64,000 nucleotides of DNA from Candidatus Hydrogenedentota bacterium (lineage in GTDB: Bacteria > Hydrogenedentota > Hydrogenedentia > Hydrogenedentales > JAEUWI01), in contig JAXMOL010000021.1 of assembly GCA_034669905.1 (NCBI GenBank), positions 1 to 64,000 on the forward strand, in the 5' to 3' direction. This document shows, piece after piece, positions 39,098 to 52,014 of the stretch (positions are counted from its first letter, which is position 1; each line of letters begins with the position of its first letter). The notes under the pieces were generated by a model that was not told the DNA's origin, did no database searches, and was given only the letters and a program-made list of their open reading frames with translations. The position numbers were made by a program, and so were the translations under genes.

Positions 39098-40822
39098 ATG
39101 TCAGCTAAACGAAAAGGCAAATTCATGCATCTGCACAACGTGAAACCAATTTCCATCACCTTGTCCCGAGTACGAGCAGCACTCCTGACCCTTTTGCTTT
39201 TCTTCTCGACCGTTGCGACCGCGCAGGACAGTGGCAAAAGAGGGATTGTCCTGTACCCCAGTGACATCATCTCCGTTGGGGTGCCCCAATGGATGGAATG
39301 GCTGGAGAGCAGCCGCATCAATTTGCTGGGCATCCATACCGACACACACCATGAGCCCCTTCCAAACCTCAAGGCCTTCCTCGAGAGCACAGTGGGTCAG
39401 GACTTGCTCCGTTCATGCCAGGCGTCAGGTATCGATATCGAATTTGAAGTACATGCCCTTCAAGATTTGTTGCCCCGTGGGTTGTTTGCGTCCCATCCCG
39501 AATATTTCCGCATGGATGCCCAAGGCACGCGTCAGCAGAAGTTCAATATGTGCTTCGCTTCAGAGGGTGCTTACGCCGCCATCGAAGCAGAAATTCGTGA
39601 CATAACGCAATGGATGAAACCGACCACCCACCGGTATTTTTTCTGGACCGACGATGTGCCAGATGCCTCGTGCCTTTGCCCCGAGTGCAAAGCGTATAGT
39701 CCCAGCGAACAGGCCCTGCGCTACGAAAATCGATTGTTGACGATTCTGAGGGACTTCGACCCCCAGGCCACGCTTGCCCACCTGGCCTATAACGAGACCC
39801 TTCCTGCACCCCAACAGGTAAAGCCGGACCCGGGTATATTTCTTGAATATGCGCCCATTAGCCGCAACTACGCCATGCCGTTGAGTGCGGAGCACCTCGG
39901 GCACCTGAAGAAGAATCTGGCCGTATTTCCCGCAGCGACGGCCCACGTGCTTGAGTACTGGGTGGATGTGTCTATGTTTTCATCGTGGAAGCGAGACGCG
40001 CTCCAGAAAGCCCCCTGGGTTCAGTCCCAGTGTGTGCGGGATGTCGAGACCTACCAATCCCTGGGCATCAACTCGATTACGTCCTTCGGGGCATGGATCA
40101 ATCAAAGCTACCTCACCCAGTATGGGCAGGATCACATCACCTTGATGCTGAAGGAATATGGGGAATCCCTGCTCAACGAGTTGCCGAAAAAGCTCGTGCT
40201 GCCACGGATAGAAAACGTGGATATAACACTGGACGGAAAACTCTCGGAGCCCCAGTGGCCCCAGGCCATTATTCGTTCCGACTTTGCCTACCCGTGGCGG
40301 AAGGAGACCCCACCGCCCACCACCTTTCACGCGTTCCGGGATGCAACCCATTTCTACTTCGCCTTTACGGTCGCTGATGGGGATATCGTGACGGCCACGG
40401 ACCATACGGCAGAGCTTTCCGTCGCCGAAGGGGATCGGGTCGAAATTTTTCTGGCCGGGAAAGAACGCCTGGAAAAGTACTACTGCATCGAAATGGGTCC
40501 CACGGGGAATGTGTTGGACTATCAAGCCGCCTACTATCGCCACTTTGACGATTCCTGGGACTGCCCCGGCCTGGAAGTGGGTACCCACCTATCCGCGGGA
40601 CACTACACCATCGAAGCCAGAATCCCCCTGAAAACCCTGGAAGACATGGGCGCCGTTCATGACGGAGACCAATCTACCCTGTCGATTGGCCTGTTTCGCG
40701 CTGAATTCAGTAAGAACGACGCAGGAGGGGAACCCATCGCGAGGTGGATTAGTTGGAAAACACCGGCAAGCGAAGAACCGGACTTCCATATACCGTCTTC
40801 ATTTGGGCAGTTGCAGTTCTGA
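39098..40822 (+). CDS. Secreted DUF4838-like domain fused to a CBM9/DOMON-like domain
   Basis: F..HPEYF, C.C..C, HLAY..T...P, EYWVD.S.FS; C-terminal ITLDGKLSE..W, DRVEIF, YTIEARIP, PDFH.P..FG. Start may be 39125. Confidence 0.7.
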   Translation: MSAKRKGKFMHLHNVKPISITLSRVRAALLTLLLFFSTVATAQDSGKRGIVLYPSDIISVGVPQWMEWLESSRINLLGIHTDTHHEPLPNLKAFLESTVGQDLLRSCQASGIDIEFEVHALQDLLPRGLFASHPEYFRMDAQGTRQQKFNMCFASEGAYAAIEAEIRDITQWMKPTTHRYFFWTDDVPDASCLCPECKAYSPSEQALRYENRLLTILRDFDPQATLAHLAYNETLPAPQQVKPDPGIFLEYAPISRNYAMPLSAEHLGHLKKNLAVFPAATAHVLEYWVDVSMFSSWKRDALQKAPWVQSQCVRDVETYQSLGINSITSFGAWINQSYLTQYGQDHITLMLKEYGESLLNELPKKLVLPRIENVDITLDGKLSEPQWPQAIIRSDFAYPWRKETPPPTTFHAFRDATHFYFAFTVADGDIVTATDHTAELSVAEGDRVEIFLAGKERLEKYYCIEMGPTGNVLDYQAAYYRHFDDSWDCPGLEVGTHLSAGHYTIEARIPLKTLEDMGAVHDGDQSTLSIGLFRAEFSKNDAGGEPIARWISWKTPASEEPDFHIPSSFGQLQF

Positions 40823-41079
40823 ATGAAACGTAGAAGTGGCGAGCGAGCCCATGGTGATAGCAGGAATTCCGCCTTCACGGGGCGGCAGATCATTTCAGAT
40901 TGACGGGGTCCCCGGGTGCAGCGTTACCCGGGATTATTCGTCCCCCTTCCATCACCATTGACCCGACCCCTATCAGAATGCGATCATGGGGCCGCAGTAG
41001 TGTGTCGGACTCCCCGTCCGTGCCACCAATCATCCATTCCATAGCGCATCACGCTTCCGCGATGTCCACCGCCGTATAA

Positions 41080-43035
<1,956 letters not shown>

Positions 43036-43156
43036 CGCAGGGACTACACCGACGTCACGTAGGGTTGAATGAAATGGTGTCGTCGTGGCCCTGCAGACCA
43101 AGGTGCCCACCAACATATACGCAATAGTCGGGGTCGTTCGCCTCGAATACAGCTTT

Positions 43157-43196
43157 AGCGCTCCGGACCGACGGAATCACGGTCCGGAGCGCTTTT
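43157..43196 (+). terminator. Rho-independent terminator between convergent genes
   Basis: AGCGCTCCGGACCG/CGGTCCGGAGCGCT 14-bp perfect stem, then TTT. Confidence 0.8.
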
Positions 43197-43359
43197 CGAT
43201 TTCGGCAGTTGGCTGACATTCTAACGACGACAGAGCGCTTTGACATTGCGATTGGCGCCCTTGCCGTGGTGCCCGGCGACTAAACGTTCCGTGCTGCAGG
43301 TCTTACCCGTCCCACGGGTTCCATAACGTCGCCAGCGCCCGTGTCGTATCACCCTCTCA

Positions 43360-44412
43360 CTACGGCAACGCCACCTCGATCACAAATTGGTGATTCTCCC
43401 GGCCCTTCACGTAGCGACTTTCGTCGATAAGCTCACCCTTCGTCGTATCATAGGTGATCACCTCGATCTGGTCCTTCGACGGCGTAAAGCGATAAATCCG
43501 CAACGGCCCCGAGGATGTGTAGTCACTGAGCAAGCCATGAACCACATTACCGTGCTCGCCCTCACGGGGGAGATACAAGGCCGACGTGCGGCTCTGGTCG
43601 CCCGAGCAGACCATGAGGAGGTTGGCATGTTTTGAATAGAGCTTCTCCCAGAGTTGCTCCGGCGTGTTGCCCCGCTCCCCGTGGCACTTTTTCCAGCGCA
43701 TACGGCCCTTGGGGTCCTCGATATAGCCTTTGTTCTCCTTGGGCTTATCCAGTGGTCCCAGGTCCATGTGGGTGCTGATGATGGCCTTGCGGTTGGCGTG
43801 TGCTGTGAGCAAGGCATTGGCCCAGGCCACCACGTTGTCGGGGGCGTTGCACTCCAGGTGCAGGAGAATAAGGTCCACGCCCTCGGCAGAGATAAGCTGG
43901 TAGCTGTTGGCATTGTTACCGGAGTGGCCGGGACGGGTTTCATCTCCCGCGAAGGCACCGCCATACCAGGGGAAATCCACGAATTGTTTCTCGGGAAAGT
44001 ACTTCTGAAAGAGGCTCGAGTCCCCGGCCCCGGTCATGTCGTGATTCCCCACCACGATGCCATAGGGCACCTTGCCGTGGAGGGCGTTCATATGCTGCTG
44101 GGCCACCGCCCACTGGGCGTCGATGTTTTTGTCCACGATATCGCCCACATGACTGACGAAGGCGATCCGTTGGGTATCAAGGTTGTCCGTAATCCACTGG
44201 ACGTGGGCCGCGAAGACGGCATTGGTCACCTCCTCGGTGCCATCGGCCGTTGATTGGGTGGCGTTGCTGCGGTACCGCTGGGTGTCGGGGATGACCACGA
44301 CGCTGAATGTCCCGTCGGTGGCCGGGGATAAGGGAGCTGCGAAGGCCGCTGAGAAGAGGGCCTGTTGTAAAACTACGCCTGCGAAGAGGAGGAAGAGGGT
44401 ACGATTGAGCAT
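43360..44412 (-). CDS. Secreted calcineurin-like metallophosphoesterase
   Basis: PDTQ, HVGD, GNHD, STH motifs; signal peptide. Confidence 0.88.
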   Translation of the reverse strand: MLNRTLFLLFAGVVLQQALFSAAFAAPLSPATDGTFSVVVIPDTQRYRSNATQSTADGTEEVTNAVFAAHVQWITDNLDTQRIAFVSHVGDIVDKNIDAQWAVAQQHMNALHGKVPYGIVVGNHDMTGAGDSSLFQKYFPEKQFVDFPWYGGAFAGDETRPGHSGNNANSYQLISAEGVDLILLHLECNAPDNVVAWANALLTAHANRKAIISTHMDLGPLDKPKENKGYIEDPKGRMRWKKCHGERGNTPEQLWEKLYSKHANLLMVCSGDQSRTSALYLPREGEHGNVVHGLLSDYTSSGPLRIYRFTPSKDQIEVITYDTTKGELIDESRYVKGRENHQFVIEVALP

Positions 44413-44439
44413 GGTTTTTCATATACCTCAGTAGGGTGT

Positions 44440-44485
44440 AAAACAAAAAAATCCCGACGGACGATGAAGGGTGGCGTCCGTCGGG
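44440..44485 (-). terminator. Rho-independent terminator
   Basis: CCCGACGGACG/CGTCCGTCGGG stem, then ATTTTTTTGTTTT on the minus strand. Confidence 0.8.
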
Positions 44486-44505
44486 GGACAATAGGTAACA
44501 GCAGG

Positions 44506-44820
44506 TTATTTAGTGGTTTTTTTGGTAGCCGCTTTCTTCTTGGCGGGCTTCTTTTTCTCTGCAGCGGCTTTCGGCTTGGATTTTGCCTTCGCTTTGCTTG
44601 GCTTGGAGGGCTCAATGCCCGCGCGCTGATAGAAGAATTTCGCGGCTTCCAGGATATTCCCCAAGTTGCGTTTGCCGTGATCGTCACTCACGGGACCGAT
44701 CTTTTCGGCCTTCTTCAGGAAGGCTTCCCATTCTTCGTGGCCCCAATCACCGTTTCGCTTCGTGACAAATTCCCCCGCCAGTTCCAGTAATTTCTGTACC
44801 TCATTCTTTTTCGCAGCCAT
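44506..44820 (-). CDS. Small basic protein with Lys/Ala/Pro-rich histone-H1-like tail
   Basis: AAAAGGAG RBS; ~70-aa globular part, then KPSKAKAKSKPKAAAEKKKPAKKKAATKKTTK; own terminator. Confidence 0.75.
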   Translation of the reverse strand: MAAKKNEVQKLLELAGEFVTKRNGDWGHEEWEAFLKKAEKIGPVSDDHGKRNLGNILEAAKFFYQRAGIEPSKPSKAKAKSKPKAAAEKKKPAKKKAATKKTTK

Positions 44821-44970
44821 GACTTGTCTCCTTTTCGTTGGCTTCATGCCAGTCAATCAACAACAAATCCCACCGGTGCGGCGTGTAACCCCGACACCAG
44901 AAGAATACCCCAATAAGGCCATGAGTTAACAGCGGAAAGTGGGGCGGTCGGTGACGTCGCTGGAGACAAT

Positions 44971-45007
44971 AAAAAGCGGGAAGGCTTCGAACTTGAAGCC
45001 TTCCCGC
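44971..45007 (-). terminator. Rho-independent terminator
   Basis: GCGGGAAGGCTTC/GAAGCCTTCCCGC 13-bp stem plus T5 on the minus strand. Confidence 0.85.
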
Positions 45008-45027
45008 ACGGAATGCAGGAGGGACTA

Positions 45028-45966
45028 TTACAGCAACCAGCCGTCCGGCGTGTCGTCCGTGTCATACCAGAATTGGAATTCGGAATAGCCCCTGGAAACG
45101 GGGGACTTGCCGGGATACTTGATGAACTCCACATGACCGTCCATGTACAGCACATTACCGCCGCCAGGGATGTGGTTCATGTTGTTGGTGTTCTCGGTGT
45201 CATCCCACATGACGAAGATGGTGCTCTGCGCTTCTGAACTTCCCGCCGGATTGTTGATATCCGTGATCAGGAAACGCTCGATACCATCGCGGATGAGGAG
45301 GGCGCCGCCGACCCCTTTGGTCGTGAAGGAAGGGTTGTTGTTTGTGCCCCATTCAACCTGGATATCATTTTCGATATACGTCTTCATTGCCGCCCGGAAC
45401 GCGGGATTGAAATCACCGCCGACCGCGGTATCGAAATCACCGGCGTTGACACGGCTGGGATCCACAAAGACCAACTCGTCGCTCCAAATCTGGTTGTAGT
45501 ACAGATAGGATTTGTTCTCCAGGTCGCAGACATCGACGCCGTTGGAGGTGTCGTTGTCGATATTGAAGCGTCCGTCAAACCAGTGATCTCCGTCGCCATC
45601 GGAGGGGCATCGCATAATCAGGATGTCCGACAGATATTCCGGGTAGACAGAAGGGCCATCGGGCATTTGCTGAAACTTCGAGCTGTATTTCCGATCGCAG
45701 TTCGCGGGATTCTGACCCGCGGTCGGGACGATGGCCGCGCCGTGCCGGAACTCATCCCAGAGGTGCGTGTGCGGATACATTTCCCCTTCGGACTCGTTGG
45801 CAAACATGTGGAAAACAATCCCCATTTGCTTCAGGTTGTTCTGACAGCTTGCGCGCCGTGCCGCTTCCCGGGCCCGCGCAAGGGCAGGCAGGAGGATGGC
45901 GGCTAGAATGCCGATGATGGCGATGACCACCAGGAGCTCAATGAGGGTAAAGCCTTTTTTATTCAT
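45028..45966 (-). CDS. Prepilin-type N-terminal cleavage/methylation protein (DUF1559-like, H-X9-DG motif)
   Basis: [65 protein letters not shown]. Confidence 0.93.
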   Translation of the reverse strand: MNKKGFTLIELLVVIAIIGILAAILLPALARAREAARRASCQNNLKQMGIVFHMFANESEGEMYPHTHLWDEFRHGAAIVPTAGQNPANCDRKYSSKFQQMPDGPSVYPEYLSDILIMRCPSDGDGDHWFDGRFNIDNDTSNGVDVCDLENKSYLYYNQIWSDELVFVDPSRVNAGDFDTAVGGDFNPAFRAAMKTYIENDIQVEWGTNNNPSFTTKGVGGALLIRDGIERFLITDINNPAGSSEAQSTIFVMWDDTENTNNMNHIPGGGNVLYMDGHVEFIKYPGKSPVSRGYSEFQFWYDTDDTPDGWLL

Positions 45967-46437
45967 GCGATGTGTTCCTTATGGGGTTGAATCGTGAATC
46001 GTGCGCATTCTTAAAGAGTGCATGTTGCATGTGATTCTGGCAATACAAGGTGCCTGAGAGGCCCCTGACGTAGTTGACCCGGCTATCCTCCTCTCTCCCG
46101 TGTGCACAGCACTGTTGCCAAGGATCTCAACAGGGCAAGAGTGGGTACGATCTTCGTGGTTGACTGGTGGCACTGCTGTTTTCCATAGTCTGCTAGTATC
46201 CGAGGATTGTCAAGCGAAAAGTGCGATTGTACCTTCCGCACCAAGAAAAGGGCCGGGTATAAGTGTTTTATTGGATTGTCGGTATCATTATGGAGGGCGT
46301 TGATGAGGGGGGCGTGAGGGCCTGGATAGTTTTTTGTCTGCGTGGTGGGGCGGAAACGAGGGGGGTGTACTGTGCTATTATGCCCGTGTGGGCCGGGTTA
46401 TGGGGAAGCCATCGATGGCTCCTCACAGGAGTCTCTT

Positions 46438-48678
46438 ATGTTTCGAGTGCAGCATGGCCGAATCAGGGCCCCTTTTCGACTCATCCTCTGGATGAGTACG
46501 GTCGTCACCGTCGCGTGCCAGCACGCGTGCCCGGCTCCCATGCGCGCGCCCTTACCCAGCGCGGAGGAAATCGCTGCCCTGCCGGCCGATGGTGGGGAAG
46601 CATTCAACCGACTCATCTTTGAGCGCAGCCCCTATCTCCTGCAACATGCCCGCAATCCGGTCAACTGGTATCCCTGGGGGGATGAGGCCTTCGAGAAGGC
46701 ACGCGCCGAAGGTAAACTCGTATTCTTGTCCGTGGGCTATGCCACCTGCCACTGGTGCCACGTGATGGAACATGAATCATTCGAGGATGAGGAAGTGGCC
46801 GCCTTGATGAATCAGGGCTTCGTATCGGTGAAGGTGGACCGCGAAGAGCGGCCGGATATCGATGAGATTTACATGACCGTCACCCAGGCTATGACGGGTA
46901 GTGGGGGGTGGCCCATGACGGTGATCCTCACCCCCGATCGGAAGCCTGTTTTTGCAGGAACCTATTTCCCCAAGTCGGCACAGTTCGGCCGTCCCGGGAT
47001 GCTGGAGTTGCTGCCCCAACTGACGGAAGCCTATGCTGCCGAGCCGGAAAAATTCAGGGAGGCGGGCGTCGGTATTACGGAGTTTCTGAAAGCCCAGGGC
47101 AACACAGCGTCGGGCAATTTCGACGCCGAGGTGGTACTCTCACAGGCCTTTCGTGAGCATGTGGATACCTTCGATAGTGCCGAAGGGGGATTCGGCGCCG
47201 CCCCGAAGTTCCCAACACCGCACCGGTTGATGTATTTACTCCGGTATTGGAAGCGTAGCGGCGATACCCAGGCCCTGGCCATGGTGGAAAAGACCCTGAC
47301 GGCCATGCGATTGGGCGGGGTCTACGACCACGTAGGCTATGGATTTCATCGCTATTCCGTGGATGGGGAGTGGAAAGTACCACACTTTGAAAAAATGCTT
47401 TACGATCAGGCGCTCTTGACCATGGCCTATGTGGAGGCGTACCAGGCGACGGGAGATTCTTTCTATAAGGATACCGCCCAAGAAATCATTCAATATGTGC
47501 TGAGCGTCATGACGTCGCCCACCGGCGGATTTTATTCGGCCGAAGATGCGGACAGTGAAGGGGAGGAGGGGAAGTTTTACGTCTGGACCCAGGCGGAGCT
47601 GGTGGACGTACTGGGGGATGAGGCAGCGGCAACCTATGCCGCGGTCTATCAGTTCGCCCCCGAGGGTAACTGGGAAGAGGGTAAGGTCCACCAGACAAAC
47701 ATCCCCCATTTAAGAGAGCGACTGGATGCCGTGGCCGCCGCGCGGGGCGTGTCGGTGGAAGTGCTGCGCGGGGAGCTGGAGAAGGCCCGGCTGGCCCTCT
47801 TCATGGCCCGGGAGAAACGCATCCACCCCGTTAAAGACGACAAGATTCTTACCGACTGGAACGGCCTTATGATTGCCGCCTTGGCGAAGGCCAGTCTGGC
47901 GCTGGACAACAGTGGCTATCGGATGGCGGCGACGAAGGCGGCCGACTTCATCCTGGAGACCTTGCGGATGCCTGATGGAAGGTTGATGCACCGCTACCGA
48001 GCGAGACATGCCGGTTTGCCCGCCCAACAGGAAGACTACGCGTTTCTTATCTGGGGCCTGCTGGAGCTCTACGAGGCCACCTTCGAGGTGTCCTATCTGG
48101 AGGCCGCCGTGGAACTCAACGAAACCATGACGACCCACTATGCCGATGTGCTGCACGGCGGATATTTCATGACCGCCAACGATGGGGAGGAGCTTTTGGT
48201 GCGTCCGAAAACTGCCTACGACGGAGCCATTCCCTCGGGCAATTCCGTGGCGCTTCATAACCTGATTCGACTCAGCCGGGTTACGGGCAATACCCGCTTG
48301 GCGGAACAGGCCGAAGGTACCGCGCGGGCCTTTGGCGGTGCACTGTCCAAGGGCCCTTCTAATTTCGCCGTCATGTTGATGGGACTGGACTTCGCCGTGG
48401 GGCCGTCTCATGAGGTCGTTGTGGTCGGGATCCCCAATGCGCCTGCCGTGCGGGTGATGAAATCGGCGCTCTACGATGCATTCATCCCCAATAAGGTGGT
48501 ACTCTTCCGGCCCGATGACAGCGAGGCGCCCCGGATTACCCAGTTGGCTACCTATACGCAGACCCAACGGAGTTTGGACGGGAAAGCCACCGCCTATGTC
48601 TGCCAGGATTTCGTCTGTAGTGCGCCGACGACCGATATTGAAACCATGAAGGCCCTGTTGGAAGCGACGGAGAAGTAA
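46438..48678 (+). CDS. Thioredoxin-domain protein, YyaL/SSP411 (DUF255) family
   Basis: [62 protein letters not shown]. Start uncertain. Confidence 0.92.
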   Translation: MFRVQHGRIRAPFRLILWMSTVVTVACQHACPAPMRAPLPSAEEIAALPADGGEAFNRLIFERSPYLLQHARNPVNWYPWGDEAFEKARAEGKLVFLSVGYATCHWCHVMEHESFEDEEVAALMNQGFVSVKVDREERPDIDEIYMTVTQAMTGSGGWPMTVILTPDRKPVFAGTYFPKSAQFGRPGMLELLPQLTEAYAAEPEKFREAGVGITEFLKAQGNTASGNFDAEVVLSQAFREHVDTFDSAEGGFGAAPKFPTPHRLMYLLRYWKRSGDTQALAMVEKTLTAMRLGGVYDHVGYGFHRYSVDGEWKVPHFEKMLYDQALLTMAYVEAYQATGDSFYKDTAQEIIQYVLSVMTSPTGGFYSAEDADSEGEEGKFYVWTQAELVDVLGDEAAATYAAVYQFAPEGNWEEGKVHQTNIPHLRERLDAVAAARGVSVEVLRGELEKARLALFMAREKRIHPVKDDKILTDWNGLMIAALAKASLALDNSGYRMAATKAADFILETLRMPDGRLMHRYRARHAGLPAQQEDYAFLIWGLLELYEATFEVSYLEAAVELNETMTTHYADVLHGGYFMTANDGEELLVRPKTAYDGAIPSGNSVALHNLIRLSRVTGNTRLAEQAEGTARAFGGALSKGPSNFAVMLMGLDFAVGPSHEVVVVGIPNAPAVRVMKSALYDAFIPNKVVLFRPDDSEAPRITQLATYTQTQRSLDGKATAYVCQDFVCSAPTTDIETMKALLEATEK

Positions 48679-48680
48679 GC

Positions 48681-49424
48681 GTGTTCAAGTTTTTGCCCGT
48701 CGATTGGCACGACAGCCTGCCATCTACCAATACCTATCTGGTGGCAGCACTCAAGGAAACCCCGAAGCTGCCATCGGGCACGGTGGTGGTGGCCCGGGAG
48801 CAACACGCGGGCCGTGGGCGTCAGCACCGTCCATGGCTTACGCCGCCCAATCAAAACCTCACCTTTTCCTTTGTCTGGCGCGAAACGATGCCGGAGCAAT
48901 ACGTGCCGGCCATGGCCCAGGCCCTGTCCGTCGGCATAGCGCAGTTCCTTCAAGGCTATGGCCTCACACCGACCATTAAATGGCCCAACGATCTCCTTGT
49001 GGAGGGTAAGAAAATCGGTGGCATCCTCTGTGAGCGGGTGAACCTGCGCGATTCCAGCCAGGTGGCCGTTGTTGCGGGGATCGGCCTCAATGTGAATCTG
49101 GATGCTGTCACCGCCGCGAAAATAGACCAGCCCGCGACCTCCATACTATTGGAAACCGGGCTCACCGGTGAGCTGCCCACGGTGCTTGACGAGCTCCTCG
49201 AGCAGCTTGTAGCTCCGCTGCACGCCTGGTCCCAGCGGGGATTCCCGGGGATCCGTGCGGACTATGAAGCATTCGGGTGGGCGCGGGGATCCGCCATTCG
49301 GGTTCGCGACGGCGAATCCTATCTCAGTGGAAACCATGGGGGCTACAACGAGGACGGTGCACTCGTGCTGAAGGTGGACGGCGGAGAGAAAATCTGCTAC
49401 TCCGGCGATATCGGATTGGCGTAG
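48681..49424 (+). CDS. birA: Biotin--protein ligase (no N-terminal HTH)
   Basis: STN, Q.AGRGR..R.W, KWPND, KKIGGIL.E, GIGLN. Confidence 0.93.
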   Translation: MFKFLPVDWHDSLPSTNTYLVAALKETPKLPSGTVVVAREQHAGRGRQHRPWLTPPNQNLTFSFVWRETMPEQYVPAMAQALSVGIAQFLQGYGLTPTIKWPNDLLVEGKKIGGILCERVNLRDSSQVAVVAGIGLNVNLDAVTAAKIDQPATSILLETGLTGELPTVLDELLEQLVAPLHAWSQRGFPGIRADYEAFGWARGSAIRVRDGESYLSGNHGGYNEDGALVLKVDGGEKICYSGDIGLA

Positions 49425-49598
49425 ATATCCAGGACCCAGGCAGTCTTCGTGTTCGTCTGCACCCATAACGACACCGAACGTGCCGCGCGATCGCGTTTCT
49501 GAGGCGACGCTAGTCGCGCTGGAACGCGTTCGTGCGATAAGGGCATTTTTGCTGGGTAAAACTCGCGTGTAGGGGGCACGTAAAGCCAAACTCGATAC

Positions 49599-51389
49599 TT
49601 ACAAGCCCCACACAAGCGGCGCCAACGTGGTCACCATGACGAGGACCAGCAGATTCAGGGGCATGCCGAAGCGCAGGTAATCCTTGAAGCAATAGCCGCC
49701 GGGACCGTAGACCATGAGGTTGGTCTGGTAGCCAAAGGGGGTGGCGAAGCTGGCCGAGGCGGCCACCATGATGGCCACCAGGAAGGGTGTGGGATTCGCG
49801 TCCATTGCCTCCACCGCGGAGAGGGTGATAGGAAAGACCAGCACCGCCGCCGCGTTGTTGGTGATCAGTTCGGTAAACAGGGACGTCACAACCACGACAA
49901 TAAACAGGACCAGCCAGGCTTCTCCGCCCGCCAGCCCCATGAGGCCCTCGGCCACGAATCTCGCCGCGCCGCTTTTGTCCATGGCGTCGCCCAGGCCCAG
50001 GGCGGCCCCAATGACCAGTAAGACGGACCAATCAACACTGCGCCGCGCTTCCTGGCCTGTGCAGCAGCCTGTCGCCAGCATGAGTCCACCGGCCAACAAG
50101 GAGGCATTCAGCATGGAGAGCAGGCCCGTGGCAGCTGCGACCACCATCGCCCCGAGGATAATCAGGGCCACCCAGGCCCGGTGGTGGCGACGGGGTACGG
50201 AGTCGTCGATGCTACTGACCAGATAAAAATCCTGGGTGTTGCTGTGCCGTTGGGGGAAGGAAGCGTGGCTTTCCAGCAGGAGGGTGTCGCCTGTCTGCAG
50301 GACGATGTCGCCCAACTTGCCCTGGAGCCGTTCCTGCCCCCGGGCTACCGCCAGCACAGCGGCTTCGTAGCGCTCCCGGAAACGCCCTTCCCGGATGCTC
50401 TTGCCCACCAGCGGGCAGGCCGACGATACGACGGCCTCGATGAGGCAGCGATCTTCCCGGGGGGCCGTGAGCTTGAAGATCTCCTGGGTGGCGGGCACGA
50501 TGCCGGGCATGCGGTGCAAATCGGTAACGGACTCTACAATACCCACGAAGACCAGGCCGTCATCTCCTTCGAGGACCTCATCAGAGGCCACGGCAGGTAA
50601 TACGCGTCCCTTGCGATCGATCTCGGCGAGATAGAGGCCCGGCAGGTGGCGGAGCCCCGCGTTTTCCACGGTCTTTCCCACCAGCGGGCCACCAGCTGCG
50701 ACCCGTACTTCCGCCGTGTATCGCCGTGGGTCGTCCCGGAGGTTGATGGCGCCTTCGCGGGCCGGCAGGATGCGATCCGAGAAGACGTAGATGTAGAGGA
50801 GTCCTGCCAGGGAAACGGGGAGTCCGACCCAGGCAATTTCGAAAAAGCCGATGGGCTCCAGGCCCGGTGTGGCGTTTATCAGGCCATTCACCACCAGATT
50901 CGTACTGGTGCCGATGATGGTGCAGGTGCCGCCCAGAATGGCCGCATAGGAAAGGGGGAGGAGGATTTTCGATGCGGGAATACCGGTTCGCTTGCTGAGT
51001 TCCTTCGCCACCGGGATAAACATGGCCACCAGCGGGGTATTGTTCAGGAAGGCGCTCAAGGCGGACACGAGGGGCAACAGGCGGAGCTGGGCCCCACGAA
51101 CCGTGCCGGGGTGGCCGAGCAGGGGAGTGGCCAGGCGATCCAGGGCTCCCGTATAGACCATCCCCGAGACCACCACGAATAGCAGGGCCACGGTGACGAG
51201 TCCCGAGTTTCCGAAACCGGACACGGCTTCCTGCGCGGTCGGAAGCGCGTCTGTACCCGTGAGGGATTGGGCCGTCATGAGGACGCCAATAGCGGCGAAC
51301 AGTATGTAGGTCGGCGTCGACGTGTTTCGGATGAGGGCCACCAGTACGCCCAAAACCACCAGAAGGGTCAATAAGGCTTCCCACCCCAT
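49599..51389 (-). CDS. SLC13/DASS permease with two TrkA-C domains (sulfate-transporter-like)
   Basis: SAFLNNTP, LGGTCT.IGTSTNL, two RCK_C repeats, ITNNAAA, TPFGYQTNLMVYGPGGY.F.DY. Confidence 0.92.
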   Translation of the reverse strand: MGWEALLTLLVVLGVLVALIRNTSTPTYILFAAIGVLMTAQSLTGTDALPTAQEAVSGFGNSGLVTVALLFVVVSGMVYTGALDRLATPLLGHPGTVRGAQLRLLPLVSALSAFLNNTPLVAMFIPVAKELSKRTGIPASKILLPLSYAAILGGTCTIIGTSTNLVVNGLINATPGLEPIGFFEIAWVGLPVSLAGLLYIYVFSDRILPAREGAINLRDDPRRYTAEVRVAAGGPLVGKTVENAGLRHLPGLYLAEIDRKGRVLPAVASDEVLEGDDGLVFVGIVESVTDLHRMPGIVPATQEIFKLTAPREDRCLIEAVVSSACPLVGKSIREGRFRERYEAAVLAVARGQERLQGKLGDIVLQTGDTLLLESHASFPQRHSNTQDFYLVSSIDDSVPRRHHRAWVALIILGAMVVAAATGLLSMLNASLLAGGLMLATGCCTGQEARRSVDWSVLLVIGAALGLGDAMDKSGAARFVAEGLMGLAGGEAWLVLFIVVVVTSLFTELITNNAAAVLVFPITLSAVEAMDANPTPFLVAIMVAASASFATPFGYQTNLMVYGPGGYCFKDYLRFGMPLNLLVLVMVTTLAPLVWGL

Positions 51390-51528
51390 GATCAGCGCCC
51401 TCTGCGGGGGTGAGAGCCCGACATCGCGATATCAGTGTTTTCCGTGTGCCAAGGGGAGTGTAACATGGGATGCATGCCTTTACAGGGCTTAATCGGAGGA
51501 CCGATCAGCGTTTTGGGTAGATAGGTGT

Positions 51529-51966
51529 TTAGTTAGACCCGTCGGGGGCATAACCGTCGGCCAGATCGGCCAGGGATTGCCCTTCCAGAACCGCCGCCAT
51601 TTCATCTCGGACTTGGCGCATGAAGGGGCGGATGTAGCAGTGCTCCATATCCTCGCAGCCCTCACAACAAATGGGATTACGGCTCCGGGCGCAGGTGGTG
51701 GGTGCGAAGGCACCGTCGAGTGTCCGCACCACCTCTGCGAGGGAGATTTCGCGAGGAGGACGGGCCAGCCGATATCCGCCCGCGGGACCACGCCGACTCA
51801 CCAGCAGGCCCTGCTTTCGCAAGAGGGTCAGGATACTCTCGAGAAACTTCGCGGGCGTGTGTTCCGATGCCACAATTTCCTCCACCGAGACATAGTCCTC
51901 CGCGCCATACCGGTTCGCCAGTACAGCCATTGCTTTGAGTCCATATCGTGCCTTGGAAGAGAACAT
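51529..51966 (-). CDS. Rrf2 family transcriptional regulator
   Basis: SSKARYGL.A, P.KFLE.IL..L...GL..SRRG..GGY.L, C-terminal CARSRNPICCEGCEDMEHC. Confidence 0.93.
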   Translation of the reverse strand: MFSSKARYGLKAMAVLANRYGAEDYVSVEEIVASEHTPAKFLESILTLLRKQGLLVSRRGPAGGYRLARPPREISLAEVVRTLDGAFAPTTCARSRNPICCEGCEDMEHCYIRPFMRQVRDEMAAVLEGQSLADLADGYAPDGSN

Positions 51967-51970
51967 TGAT

Positions 51971-52014
51971 ATAATTCCTAGCGGAATTGTAGGGATTATC
52001 CAGTGAGATGTCAA
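51971..52014 (-). promoter_or_regulatory. Sigma70 promoter of the Rrf2 gene overlapped by a 10-9-10 inverted repeat (candidate operator)
   Basis: Minus strand TTGACA(52014-52009)-N17-TACAAT(51991-51986); ATAATTCCTA-N9-TAGGGATTAT at 51971-51999 (9/10 match). Confidence 0.8.

Noticed and set aside
46050..46105. GGAGAGA...CTCTCAGG on the minus strand upstream of the prepilin-type gene, reminiscent of a glycine riboswitch
   Set aside because: The conserved GCCGAAG/GCAA core and the P1 stem are missing, and the downstream gene is unrelated to glycine.
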